Assembly: GCA_963803145.1 (NCBI GenBank)
Contig: CAWDLW010000023.1
Location: 147,953-211,952, forward strand
Direction of reading: 5' to 3'
Source of the DNA: Methanotrichaceae archaeon
GTDB taxonomy: Archaea; Halobacteriota; Methanosarcinia; Methanotrichales; Methanotrichaceae
DNA length: 64,000 nt
The first letter of the stretch is position 1; every line of letters begins with the position of its first letter. A program made the translations under genes and the position numbers. The notes under the pieces were generated by a model, which made no database searches, was not told where the DNA came from, and was given only the letters and a program-made list of their open reading frames with translations. Of the stretch, positions 1 to 9,745 are shown one piece after another.

Positions 1-124
1 ATGTCAGAGGAATGGGCACAGATATGGCCTATGCACTCCTCAGGCGTTAACAGATGATGTTAAGGCCATCATTCCGATTATTCTATCATTTTGATTATTA
101 TAAACATTGTAAGCTCTGTCTGTT

Positions 125-643
125 ATGACTAATATTACAACTAGAAATGGGGTGGATCTGGAAAAACTGGTTGCAACTACCAGTGCAATCAGAGCAGATC
201 CAAACATGGCTCAATCGAATTTCCAGGCAAATACAAAATGGCTGAATGGTGCCAGATCGAGAACAACGATAAGAAATTTCACCATTGAGTCCGATGAGCC
301 GACCTTCCTCTTAGGCAGCGATAAAGCACCTAATGCCGTTGAGATGGTCCTGGCGGCTTTGGGATCTTGCCTTGCAGTCGGATTTGCATATAATGCCGCC
401 GCTCGGGGAATCGCTCTGGAATCGCTGGAGATCAAGCTCGAAGGAGATCTTGATCTTCAGGGATTCCTTGGAACGTCGGACAAAGTTCGACCTGGCTATC
501 AAAATATTAGGGTCGTATGCAAATTGAAGAGCAATGCACCTAAGGAAAAGATCGAGGAGCTTTTCAAATATGTCCAGCGTACATCGCCGGTAACGGACAT
601 AGTCCGCAACTCCATGCCTGTGACTATGAAGCTTGAAGAGTAG
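125..643 (+). CDS. OsmC/Ohr-like protein
   Basis: SDEP..LLG.D.APNAVE..LAALGSCL motif; C-terminal SPVTDIVRN; TTATAAA box about 20 nt upstream suggests a leaderless mRNA. Confidence 0.85.
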   Translation: MTNITTRNGVDLEKLVATTSAIRADPNMAQSNFQANTKWLNGARSRTTIRNFTIESDEPTFLLGSDKAPNAVEMVLAALGSCLAVGFAYNAAARGIALESLEIKLEGDLDLQGFLGTSDKVRPGYQNIRVVCKLKSNAPKEKIEELFKYVQRTSPVTDIVRNSMPVTMKLEE

Positions 644-700
644 AGACGGTAAAAGGATGGTAATATTGGCAAACGATGCTGAAGCAGGCAGATTGGGGTT

Positions 701-1543
701 GTGACTGTAAATGGCCTGATGAAAGGCAAGACTGTTCTCATCACTGGTTCTACAGATGGCATAGGAATGCAGACTGCCATTGGGCTGGCACGCATGGATG
801 CAAATGTTCTCATCCATGGCCGGAACCGAGAGAAGGGCAAAGCAGTTTTAAAGGAAATCGCCAAGGTTAGCGGCAACAGCGATCTGGAGCTTTTCATTGC
901 GGACCTCTCCTCACAGAAAGAGGTGCGACGCCTGGCAGCAGATGTTCAGAAGAATCACAATCGTCTGGATGTCTTAATAAATAACGCTGGGATATTCGAA
1001 AAGGAGCGCAGGCTTACCGAGGACGGAATTGAGGATACATTTGCGGTCAACTACCTTGCACCATTTCTTCTCACGAACCTTCTGCTGGATCTGCTTAAGA
1101 TAAGCGCTCCCTCAAGGATTATAAACGTGGCATCAATTGCTCACAGATCAGCGGCCATTGATTGGGATAATCTTCAGGGCGAGAGATATTACGACGACTA
1201 TAATGCCTATGCTGTATCAAAATTATGTATAATTCTATTCACCTATGCGTTATCCCGGCGCTTGGATGGCTCAGGAGTTACCGTCAACTGCCTTCATCCC
1301 GGTGTCATAAAAACAAAGCTGCTGCGTGAAGGCTTTGGGGATTATCCGGGAGAGACTCCAGAGAAGGGGGCCAGAACATCAATCTATCTTGCCAGCTCTC
1401 CAGAGATGGATGGTGTGAGCGGTAAGTACTTCGAGAACCAGAGGATTGCTCGTTCCTCTACAATCAGCTACGATGAGGCACTTCAGGGAAGGCTCTGGAA
1501 AATCAGCGAGAAGCTCACAGGTTTTGGCATAAGAATTTTTTGA
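701..1543 (+). CDS. short-chain dehydrogenase/reductase (retinol dehydrogenase-like)
   Basis: TGSTDGIG Rossmann motif, NNAG, YxxxK (YAVSK), HPG. Confidence 0.9.
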   Translation: MTVNGLMKGKTVLITGSTDGIGMQTAIGLARMDANVLIHGRNREKGKAVLKEIAKVSGNSDLELFIADLSSQKEVRRLAADVQKNHNRLDVLINNAGIFEKERRLTEDGIEDTFAVNYLAPFLLTNLLLDLLKISAPSRIINVASIAHRSAAIDWDNLQGERYYDDYNAYAVSKLCIILFTYALSRRLDGSGVTVNCLHPGVIKTKLLREGFGDYPGETPEKGARTSIYLASSPEMDGVSGKYFENQRIARSSTISYDEALQGRLWKISEKLTGFGIRIF

Positions 1544-1920
1544 TTGGCACTGATCGACTGGCACTAATCTACACTATAACTACCATCATAAGTGTTTTTT
1601 AGAACAGATGATCGTCCTTCAAGTATCCATTCTTTATCATTCTTTGGATAATACCCATCCCATCATCTACAGCTAATGCTAAGAAAATCATAAATCTAGA
1701 ATTGGATTAAATAATATCCACAATTATCCTGCAATCCTGCATGCAATGGAAAAAGGGATAATCGGCATATTCCAAGTCTTTTGGACCTTAAAGAGGCTGG
1801 GCTGGCTCCTATAATATAATTGGAAGCTTAGGAGCAATGCCGTTATTGATATTAGCCCCTTCAAGCTGTAAATGATCTAGGAGATCTTGTCGTATGCCTT
1901 TTAATATTATTCTTATGCCT

Positions 1921-2292
1921 TTAGCTACTATTATTCTGTCCCAAGCCAACAAGCAATCCAAGCCTTAATGGTCTCATGGCGATTTTGCTGATGCCTGCGT
2001 CTGAACCGCTATTAAGGAAGCTGTTGATACTTGAAGTATACGGATCGCCTGATGATAAGCCCCCAGTAACTTTGGCGAATGTGGGACTCTTAAATATCTC
2101 AGGATTTACGCCTGAAAGACTGATTACAGGCAGACTATTCAGTGTATATCCGGACCCTAATGGATTTATTACAGAGGTATTGGATCGATATCCAACTGTT
2201 ATGTAGTTTTCATTTAATGCATTTGACGGCAATTCTGCAACAATGAGTGCTATCAGAATGGCTTTGAGTAGTAATCTAGAGTATCTCTTCAT
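1921..2292 (-). CDS. secreted hypothetical protein
   Basis: Likely start at ATG 2292 (MKRYSRLLLKAILIALIV, signal-like) after GGAGGTG; the longer ORF-track N-terminus is probably not translated. Confidence 0.6.
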   Translation of the reverse strand: MKRYSRLLLKAILIALIVAELPSNALNENYITVGYRSNTSVINPLGSGYTLNSLPVISLSGVNPEIFKSPTFAKVTGGLSSGDPYTSSINSFLNSGSDAGISKIAMRPLRLGLLVGLGQNNSS

Positions 2293-2683
2293 ATAACACC
2301 TCCAATGTTCCCATTTCACTTTTCTTCTTCGGTCATTGACGAAATAAAACCGAAGTGCAACCTCCCGTACAGATCGCCCAAATCTTAAATACCATTTATT
2401 TTTACGGCAAACGACGAGATGATTTTCAGGGTTATAAACCTTACGGTAGTATACTAACACGCCGAGTTATTATCCCTCGCATCGTATGCTTTTTGGCCCA
2501 ATACATACAGATATTTCATTTATAAATTATTTTCAAGAATTCTAAGTGCATTATCTCAATTCACCAACTTATTCAGACTTAAATAGACCATATGGGCGCT
2601 GTCTCAGGTTCCCCCATCGTGAGGTATCCATCATGGGGCTACCCCATACATACCATACTTGCAATCATAAAGATTAAATATTA

Positions 2684-2990
2684 TTATGTGGCACTTTTAC
2701 AGGTACAAAATCGATATGCGTAAAGAAAAGTACTAAATTTGCTTCGCGACCTCAAATAAAAATATTGCTTGTCTTCTCTTTCCTTCATCATCTCCACCAG
2801 CACCGAAAACACGGCAGCTTCAAGGGGATCATCTATGGCATAAAATGCCTCGCCTGAGTACTTCTTGGCCATCTCCGCGAGCCTTTGCCCGTAAATTTGA
2901 TCTTCCCTTCTTCAGCGCCTTTGAAGCCTTCAGCCACCTGGCCGAGACATCCCTTGCGGTCATCCTAATGCTCTCAAAGCTTCTGCCCAA
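2684..2990 (-). pseudogene. small helical PolB2-associated-like protein (MGRSFES... family), frameshifted
   Basis: GGGTGAG then TTG 2990 reads MGRSFESIRMTARDVSARWLKASKALKK; one extra G near 2905-2907; continues EDQIYGQRLAEMAKKYSGEAFYAIDDPLEAAVFSVLVEM. Confidence 0.7.
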
Positions 2991-3615
2991 CTACTCACCC
3001 AGACAGAAGGCCACAGGCCACAGGCCACAAGCCATCAGATGCCGGCATTTGCTCTACAGCCCAATTCCTCTCCTTAAGTCTGCTCTTGATCATGTCCTCA
3101 ATATCCTCAGGCCTGAGCTTCCTGCCTATAATGATCTTAGCAATATTTATCCCAACGCTGACTGGAGCATTTCCAGCAGCAGCCGCTCCTAGTAAAAGTG
3201 CAAAAAAGATGGATATTGCCCAGCCCATCTTCAACATTAAACGCATATAATGATGTGGGTACAGGCCCTAGCATACACTTAAATGATCTGGCAGCTTGGC
3301 CAGGACCATTGAATACAATCAAAAAGCCTTCATCAAGGCCCGGGAGCTCTATCATCTATGCCTACAATAAAGCCGCTAGGCTTAATCCTAAAAAGCATTG
3401 GTCAATGAGGCTTTCCAAAAGTACAATCATCAACTTTGATTACCTTGTCACTTGATTATGAGAAAGCCTCCAATGTGGTCTGGCTCTTCTGTGTCCTCGG
3501 AATGGCCTTTGCTATAACTCTCGCCTCAGCCCTAAGCCCCAACGCAGGAGCTTGATGAATTGAGTATCCTGCAATAAAATCTTTCAGGCTGCTGCATAGG
3601 AACATTGGATGCCGC

Positions 3616-4455
3616 TTAAAAGTTTATAATCTTATGATACTCTTCCAGCAAATCGCTAGCAAGCATGCTCTCTCCATACTTCTTTCCTGCGAGTTCCCCA
3701 GCCCTTCCGTTTATATAAGTTGCGGCCAATGCTGCCCTAAAGCAGGAGACTTTCCTAGCCATTATTGCACCGCATATTCCTGCAAGAAGGTCTCCAGTAC
3801 CTCCTTTTGTCATGAACGGCGAGCGCCGCTTATCTATTTCAGTCTCTTGGCCATCGGAAATAGTATTTTCGATTCCTTTATACAGAATTGTGCATCCAAA
3901 TTTCCTTGCTGCTTCTTTGGTCGCTTCCATTTCAGCATCAAGCTTTGGTGATACTCCCGATTTGATCAAGCTCAGGAATTCCTTTCTGTTTGGTGTAAGC
4001 AAAAACGATTTACCTTTAAAGATCTCTGGCCTTGAGGCCACGGCATGTATCGCATCTGCATCTATCACGCATGGCAGGTCAGTCTTTTCTAGAAACTCAC
4101 AGACTGCTTCAGCTGTCTCCTTCTCGTTCCCAATTCCGCCGCCAATAACACATGCATTGAACCTCCTCTTGATTCCATATATCTCCTTTACATGCTTACT
4201 TGTGAAATAATCTCCTTCGAGAGGGTAAGTCACAAGATCCGGCAAGAAGCCAGCAATAATATCCGCGGATCGCCTTATAGTCACAACAGTTACCATATCA
4301 ACGCCACACCTCAAAGCTGCAAGAGCGTTTAAAGCCGGAGCGCCTGAATACATTTTTGATCCGCCTATAACGAGGAGATGGCCATAATCATACTTGCTGG
4401 TGCCGGAATCTCTTTTTGCATAGATACTCTGAACTAATTTAACTACTTCAGTCAT
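3616..4455 (-). CDS. nnrD: ADP/ATP-dependent NAD(P)H-hydrate dehydratase (YjeF C-terminal domain)
   Basis: KYDYGHLLVIGGS..YSGAP, VIDADA, LTPN, GGTGDLLAG. Confidence 0.9.
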   Translation of the reverse strand: MTEVVKLVQSIYAKRDSGTSKYDYGHLLVIGGSKMYSGAPALNALAALRCGVDMVTVVTIRRSADIIAGFLPDLVTYPLEGDYFTSKHVKEIYGIKRRFNACVIGGGIGNEKETAEAVCEFLEKTDLPCVIDADAIHAVASRPEIFKGKSFLLTPNRKEFLSLIKSGVSPKLDAEMEATKEAARKFGCTILYKGIENTISDGQETEIDKRRSPFMTKGGTGDLLAGICGAIMARKVSCFRAALAATYINGRAGELAGKKYGESMLASDLLEEYHKIINF

Positions 4456-4638
4456 CTTATGATAATATGCTCGAAGGGTAATATAATAATCACTAATAGT
4501 GCTGCAGGTAAACTACTCCGGCCTAAAGACCAGAGTCTCCAGCCTTGAGTTTCTATGAGACTTCTTGACTTTGGATTATTCATGCAGGCTCTTCGATTTC
4601 ACTTGTTCTGGTAAAACAAGATAATGGAGTTGAGATAA

Positions 4639-4821
4639 ATGGCTGAAGAGAGAATGAGAAAAGAAGCAAAAGGCGAGACGACTGTTGCTGAGGCAGGCCA
4701 TAAGGGCGGAGAGAGAACCGCTGAAACCCATGGCAGAGAGTTCTACAGTGATATCGGACATTAGGGCGGTCAAAAAGTAAGAGAGCTGATTGAAGCTGGC
4801 AAAGATGCCGAGCGAAGATAG
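4639..4821 (+). pseudogene. KGG-repeat general stress protein (GsiB/Em-like) with in-frame TAG
   Basis: MAEERMRKEAKGETTVAEAGHKGGERTAETHGREFYSDIGH*GGQKVRELIEAGKDAERR*; TAG at 4762-4764. Confidence 0.75.
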
Positions 4822-4837
4822 GCTAAATTGTTCGTTT

Positions 4838-4866
4838 GCCCTCCCTGGTTCAAACAGAGGAGGGCC
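4838..4866. terminator. hairpin between convergent genes
   Basis: GCCCTCC...GGAGGGC inverted repeat. Confidence 0.4.
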
Positions 4867-4901
4867 CTACTAGTGTTGTATAACAGAGGATATGCAATAG
4901 A

Positions 4902-5756
4902 TTAATAAACGGGGGAATAAGATGAGATTACCCCTTTTCCTAGCCTTATTGTGCCTGATTTATCAGTTGCAACTGTTGTTGCAGTGTTTTTAACATCGCT
5001 CGCCTGAGATCCATTATCACCCTGAGTATCTGCTGAATTGGAGGCCGAAGTCAAAACGCCTATAGGTGCAGAGCCTGCAATATCACCAGACCATGTGGCT
5101 CCGCTGGCCGAGTACCCTGAATATGTTCCAATTGTGTGAACGTCGAGAGATAGATCGAGGTTATATAGATCCTTACTATCTGTGGGCGTCACAGCCAGCA
5201 TTAATTTGCCACCTTCTTCCAAACCACTAGCTATGATCTTATGAGTTCCATTATCATCGTTTAAGGTGCCATAGCCAGTGATTGCATCATTATTCTGAAC
5301 TAAAGCTAGGTTTAGATGCTTAAGACCCTGGTCCAGCGCTATTAGGTCCAGCGACCATGGGCCACTGACATTTGCATTCTGCGCTGACTCTTTAGGTATA
5401 TTAACTACATTAGGCACATTAACAGCATTAGATCCGTATCCATAGGACCCTGCTGCTGGAGGTGTATTATCAAGATATGTTACCGCAGGTTTGCTAACCA
5501 CTTTATAAGGTGTATTGGAATCCGTTATTGCATTCCAATCCGTTATTATTCCTGCTGCTTGAGCTTGATGTAAAGTATCCTGATCCATAGGCATATCCAT
5601 TGTCTCGCCTACAAAGCTTGGATCGAGAGGATCTCCTGGATCATTGCCCGTCCAATCAATATTATTTGAATCTACAAGCATAGGCGGCAGCGCATATGCA
5701 TGGGCTGTAAGATAGGCGATAGCAATCAAACAGAGTAATACCTTAGTGTATATCAT
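4902..5756 (-). CDS. secreted hypothetical protein
   Basis: N-terminal signal peptide (LLCLIAIAYLTAHAYA); Gly/Thr/Asn-rich, beta-strand-like C-terminal half. Confidence 0.7.
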   Translation of the reverse strand: MIYTKVLLCLIAIAYLTAHAYALPPMLVDSNNIDWTGNDPGDPLDPSFVGETMDMPMDQDTLHQAQAAGIITDWNAITDSNTPYKVVSKPAVTYLDNTPPAAGSYGYGSNAVNVPNVVNIPKESAQNANVSGPWSLDLIALDQGLKHLNLALVQNNDAITGYGTLNDDNGTHKIIASGLEEGGKLMLAVTPTDSKDLYNLDLSLDVHTIGTYSGYSASGATWSGDIAGSAPIGVLTSASNSADTQGDNGSQASDVKNTATTVATDKSGTIRLGKGVISSYSPVY

Positions 5757-6004
5757 ATCGGTCTATTATAGGGACGGCCAATCAGGCCAGGGTATTTGCT
5801 GATAGCAATTGGCTAATTACGCTATAAGTATATGACGATTTCGGTTTAAGCAATAGTCGATAATCGGGTGAAAGATATATACATAGCTTATGGCTGAATA
5901 AGAAGAAAGTTGAAGGCCATAGTAACCCAACACCCCATATTGCGCCCGCTAATTTTCATCCATATGCTGGAATATTCACTCCTCTTACGTCCGCTTATTT
6001 GCGT

Positions 6005-6556
6005 TCAGCCGATTTGGACTGCCAGCATGGAAACCGAGCCTCCATCTATGCCCTTTACAGGAAAGCTGACCTTCTCGCCTCTTTTTTTGCAACCTATGAC
6101 ATAGAGGAGCGGCAGATAGTGATCCGGTGTAGGAACAGATAGCATTGCATCTTTGCCCAAATCCTCATAGTTGATGAGCGGACCGTAATCTTCAGCCAAG
6201 AGCAATTCTCTGGCGCGTTCCGCAAGGTCTGGATCTCCTGGTGCAGGATACTCGACCTCGTAAAGATCCTGAGGAAATCCGCCGAAGTCATGAATCGTTC
6301 TAGGTGTCTGCATTGCAGTTACTGCAGTTCTTCCGATGTACCAATGTGCGGAAATGGAGAGTATTGCTTTTGGCCTGGGAATGCTGTTTCCTATAGCTTC
6401 CCAGGCTCTTGTATAATCATTTGATTGCAAGGCATCCATTGGATTTCCATGTCCCAGGAAAATGGCTGGCATAGTCTCAATCATTTTAGTAGAGGTACGT
6501 GTAACTTGTGAGTTCTCCAACGACTTCTTTTCGATATTTGCCACATATCCTGCCAT
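6005..6556 (-). pseudogene. YgiD/LigB-type (4,5-DOPA) extradiol dioxygenase with internal deletion, fused to a cupin N-terminal stub
   Basis: GHGNPM, SAHW, TIHDFGGFP, YPAPGDP and PTPDHYLPLLY are present, but the central DHG and GSGN..HN segments are absent. Confidence 0.75.
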
Positions 6557-6629
6557 AGAGATCCTCCTGTAGAGATACAACTGTGCTCTCATCACATGGG
6601 AGCGTATCTAAAAATTTTCCATAGAATGA

Positions 6630-6685
6630 AAGGGAGTAGAGCCTTCGAACCTGAAGGGGGGAATGATCGATCGAGGCTCTCTATA
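6630..6685 (-). ncRNA. candidate small RNA hairpin with C-rich loop
   Basis: Minus-strand TTTAAATA (6705-6712) about 25 nt upstream of AGAGCCTCGA...TCGAAGGCTCT stem with CCCCCC loop. Confidence 0.35.
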
Positions 6686-6989
6686 AGCTAACAGGATTTT
6701 ATCATATTTAAATTTAATTAATTGTGTGGCGGCCCAATTAAACGCTAGGAATAGTCATCATAGTAATATCCATGAACAGAATTATTGATAGTAATCTTAT
6801 GATTAGTATCCCAGCTCCTTTATGGCAACCAGGCAACATTTCAGTTGATTATCAGTAAATCCCTATAAAGTCACAGGTATGAGAGCACCACATATAGGAT
6901 CTCACCTCCAGAATTTTGGGCAAAATAAGTGCGCGCACAGGGCGAAAGTAATAAAGGAAGCAATAGAGAAGATGTGATAGAGTGCTTGT

Positions 6990-8045
6990 ATGCGGATAAT
7001 TCTGCATGTCGACCTTGATGCCTTCTATCCCTCCGTAGAAGTTCGGGAACATCCAGAGTTAAAGGGTAAACGTGTAGTAGTCGGAGCAGATCCAAAAGGA
7101 GGAACCGGAAGGGGTGTTGTGAGCAGCGCCTCTTATGAGGCCAGGAAATTTGGCATCAGATCAGCCATGCCTATATCTAAAGCCTGGAGGCTATGCCCGG
7201 ATTGCGTTTATCTTAGACCCCACTTTGACCTCTATGTTCCTGCATCCAATGCGGTAATGGCGATTTTAAAGAGCCATGGCGATAAGTTTGAACAGGGTGG
7301 TATAGATGAAGCGTACCTCGACATATCCGGCAAGGTGAAGGATTTCGATGAAGCCGGAGAATTTGCAAAAGGCCTGATGGAAGAGGTACTTGAAAGGGAA
7401 AGACTGACCTGTTCGATTGGCGTTGGGCCTAACAAGCTGGTTGCTAAGATCTCCTCTGATTACAAGAAACCTTACGGACTGACTGTAGTTAAGCCCGAAG
7501 AAGTCAGGGACTTTCTATTCCCCATGAAAGTAGGAAAGATCCCGGGCGTTGGCAAAAAGACTGAGCAAGCATTGAATGAATTAAATATCGAAACCATACG
7601 TGATCTTGCTTCATTAACGCCTGATAAGCTGACAAGACTCTTCGGTGTATGGGGCAAAAGGCTTCACGATGCCGCCAATGGGATCGATAACATTGAAGTC
7701 ATAGAGGAATATGAAACAAAATCCATTGGAAGAGATATCACCTTTGAGAGTGACCTGAGTGACGAAGCCCAAATATTCCAGGTCCTGGATGAACTGGCAA
7801 AAGAGGTCCATACCGATGTGATCGCTAATAACTTCAAGTTCAAAACAATTACCGTTAGAGCCAGGTATGAGGATTTTGACACGCATACCCGCTCTAAATC
7901 CCTTGTATTTCCCACGAATGGTTTAGATATCCTCAAGAACAATGCCAAGCGACTAATTGCTCCATTTCTTCGGGGAAACAAGAAATTGAGATTGGTTGGT
8001 GTCAGGGTATCAACTCTCAGCAAAGGAAATCCAGTTTCAAATTGA
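6990..8045 (+). CDS. dinB: DNA polymerase IV (Y family)
   Basis: HVDLDAFY, SYEARKFGIRSAMP, GIDEAYLD, KIPGVGKKT, little-finger RLVGVRV. Confidence 0.95.
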   Translation: MRIILHVDLDAFYPSVEVREHPELKGKRVVVGADPKGGTGRGVVSSASYEARKFGIRSAMPISKAWRLCPDCVYLRPHFDLYVPASNAVMAILKSHGDKFEQGGIDEAYLDISGKVKDFDEAGEFAKGLMEEVLERERLTCSIGVGPNKLVAKISSDYKKPYGLTVVKPEEVRDFLFPMKVGKIPGVGKKTEQALNELNIETIRDLASLTPDKLTRLFGVWGKRLHDAANGIDNIEVIEEYETKSIGRDITFESDLSDEAQIFQVLDELAKEVHTDVIANNFKFKTITVRARYEDFDTHTRSKSLVFPTNGLDILKNNAKRLIAPFLRGNKKLRLVGVRVSTLSKGNPVSN

Positions 8046-8155
8046 ATTGGCTATTATGGGTTGGAAAAGTCTTCTTTTGCTCGTAACATTATGGGATGTC
8101 AAAAAAGAGGGATTGTGCGTTTAATGCAAGATTATAATGCTTCTCTGGATTATCT

Positions 8156-8296
8156 ATCGAGAGTTCTCTTAAGAAGTTAGAAGCCACTGATGCTACGGTT
8201 CATATGGATGTCAAGAATGTTGGAGGCGGCTTATTGGTGGCTCAGGTTGAAGATGCTGATGGCAACATTTTAGGTCTGAGGCAGCAATCGAAATAG
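8156..8296 (+). pseudogene. VOC/glyoxalase C-terminal fragment
   Basis: IESSLKKLEATDATVHMDVKNVGGGLLVAQVEDADGNILGLRQQSK*; N-terminal part missing. Confidence 0.6.
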
Positions 8297-8378
8297 AGTC
8301 TAAGATTGTTCACGGATGTAAGCCAAGAAAGACGCAGATTCTCATGAAGGCTTTCATACGCCTAACACAGTAAAGGAG

Positions 8379-8462
8379 AATCCTATTGAGTTTGGATGGA
8401 AAGATTTGAAAAGAGATTTTTCTAAGTATTTGATCAATAGGGTCCTTGGTGAAGAAAGTTAA
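8379..8462 (+). mobile_element. IS630-like transposase scrap
   Basis: NPIEFGWKDLKR matches the NPIExxWxxLK motif around the third catalytic residue of IS630 DDE transposases; short. Confidence 0.45.
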
Positions 8463-8476
8463 GAGATTAACTATAA

Positions 8477-8800
8477 TTAAGACCTAATCATAACCAGAAG
8501 CATCTTAAATTTGCTCAATGCCTTCAGCGCGTGGGTCTTATTGGCTGGCAGGATCACCATTTGACCTTGCTCCATTCTATAAGCTTGACCGGCTATTGTT
8601 ACCTCTGCTTCGCCATCTAAAATGGTAATAAGTGCATCGAATGGAGCTGTATGTTCACTTAGCCCCTGACCTTTATCGAAGGCAAAGATAGTAACTGTTC
8701 CTGTGCTCTTGCGAATTATCTCCCGGCTCACGACAGAGCCATCTTGGTAGTTTACCAGATCACTAATGAACTCGACTTTGGGTACATTATCATCTGTCAT
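8477..8800 (-). CDS. cupin domain protein
   Basis: FAFDKGQGLSEHTAPFDA, GEAEVTI, PANKTHAL. Confidence 0.9.
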   Translation of the reverse strand: MTDDNVPKVEFISDLVNYQDGSVVSREIIRKSTGTVTIFAFDKGQGLSEHTAPFDALITILDGEAEVTIAGQAYRMEQGQMVILPANKTHALKALSKFKMLLVMIRS

Positions 8801-8821
8801 TCAATATCACTTCTAACAAGC

Positions 8822-9076
8822 CTATTTCTTATCCTTCAATTCTTGCCGACCTAAATCTGAGAGATATACTCTTGAAATAGCATTCGGGAGGGTTAGACTC
8901 GAGGGATATTCACTGGTCATAAGATCAATGTAACCTGAATTCTTCAATAGCATCAGGCGATTTCCAAGCAGTGTTGTATCCATTTTAAGAACTTCATTAA
9001 CCTTGACTGGACTGATAAATGATTTTGGAGATACCTCATTAATTGCTTTGAGAATCTTCAGATCGACGTCATCCAT
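8822..9076 (-). CDS. winged-helix hypothetical protein
   Basis: DLKILKAI...L...GYI...LSDLGR wHTH pattern. Confidence 0.6.
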   Translation of the reverse strand: MDDVDLKILKAINEVSPKSFISPVKVNEVLKMDTTLLGNRLMLLKNSGYIDLMTSEYPSSLTLPNAISRVYLSDLGRQELKDKK

Positions 9077-9232
9077 AATCTCACCAACCCTTACTTAGCT
9101 TTGATCGGATTTAAAATGTTAACTCGCATAATTCTTCAATCAGAAAGAGCTGAAGAAAGTGAGCATGAATTGGCGAGGGAACTATTCCCTCAGGCCTAAA
9201 ACTTGTTGATAGCAAAACTTCAACCGCGGGCA

Positions 9233-9286
9233 TCATATTTGCCAGTTATGAGCGTCCAGAAGATAGCCCTTTAAGTTCTCGTCCAT
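9233..9286 (-). pseudogene. possible PIN/VapC toxin N-terminal stub
   Basis: MDENLKGYLLDAHNWQI* overlaps the upstream gene's stop; YLLD resembles PIN strand 1. Confidence 0.4.
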
Positions 9287-9483
9287 TCATCCCTCAGAGA
9301 TTTGCTCTCTTTAGCCACATCTACCTTAAAGTTTTTATATATTCCTCTATATTTTGAGGGATCCCACTCGCTTTTTTCTTCGCGGGCCAATTTTTCTAGG
9401 TTGCTTATTTTGTTCCAGAGTTCGATAGGAACGATAACTCCTGTCCGCCTGCCTTCTTCATCATAGATGTATTGAACTTCCAT
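9271..9483 (-). CDS. putative antitoxin-like small protein
   Basis: QYIYDEEGRRTGVIVPIELW N-terminus; C-terminal LRDEW typical of VapB-like partners. Confidence 0.55.
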   Translation of the reverse strand: MEVQYIYDEEGRRTGVIVPIELWNKISNLEKLAREEKSEWDPSKYRGIYKNFKVDVAKESKSLRDEWTRT

Positions 9484-9564
9484 TTGATCGCCTGAAAGGA
9501 TTTTGCTTCGCGGTTATGATTAAATTATATCTTCACTTTGTATAAAGCCTTATTTCGGCTTCCA

Positions 9565-9745
9565 TTACCTTGCTGAATTTCCCTCCACAATCGCAATCTC
9601 CTCCTCCGTCAGCCCATACAGCCTGTAAACGATCTCATCAATCAGCGTATCCGTATCTTTGATGCGTCCTATCAGCGGCTGCAGCTTCCCAACAGAAGCA
9701 TCGAACTCCCGCCGCAGATTTTGAATATCCCTTTTCTGTATGTTG
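9565..9745 (-). pseudogene. type IIG (Eco57I-like) restriction-modification enzyme, C-terminal fragment
   Basis: LRREFDASVGKLQPLIGRIKDTDTLIDEIVYRLYGLTEEEIAIVEG. Confidence 0.7.

Noticed and set aside
3008-3035. AGGCCAC x3 tandem repeat
   Set aside because: Short slippage repeat in a decayed region; no spacers, not CRISPR
2995-3455. Short ORFs 2995-3246, 3137-3355 and 3198-3455
   Set aside because: No recognisable family; they look like mixed fragments, though 2995-3246 has a signal-like start
8343-8360. AGGCTTTCATACG resembling the IS110 end motif
   Set aside because: Too short and imperfect; no second end or transposase nearby
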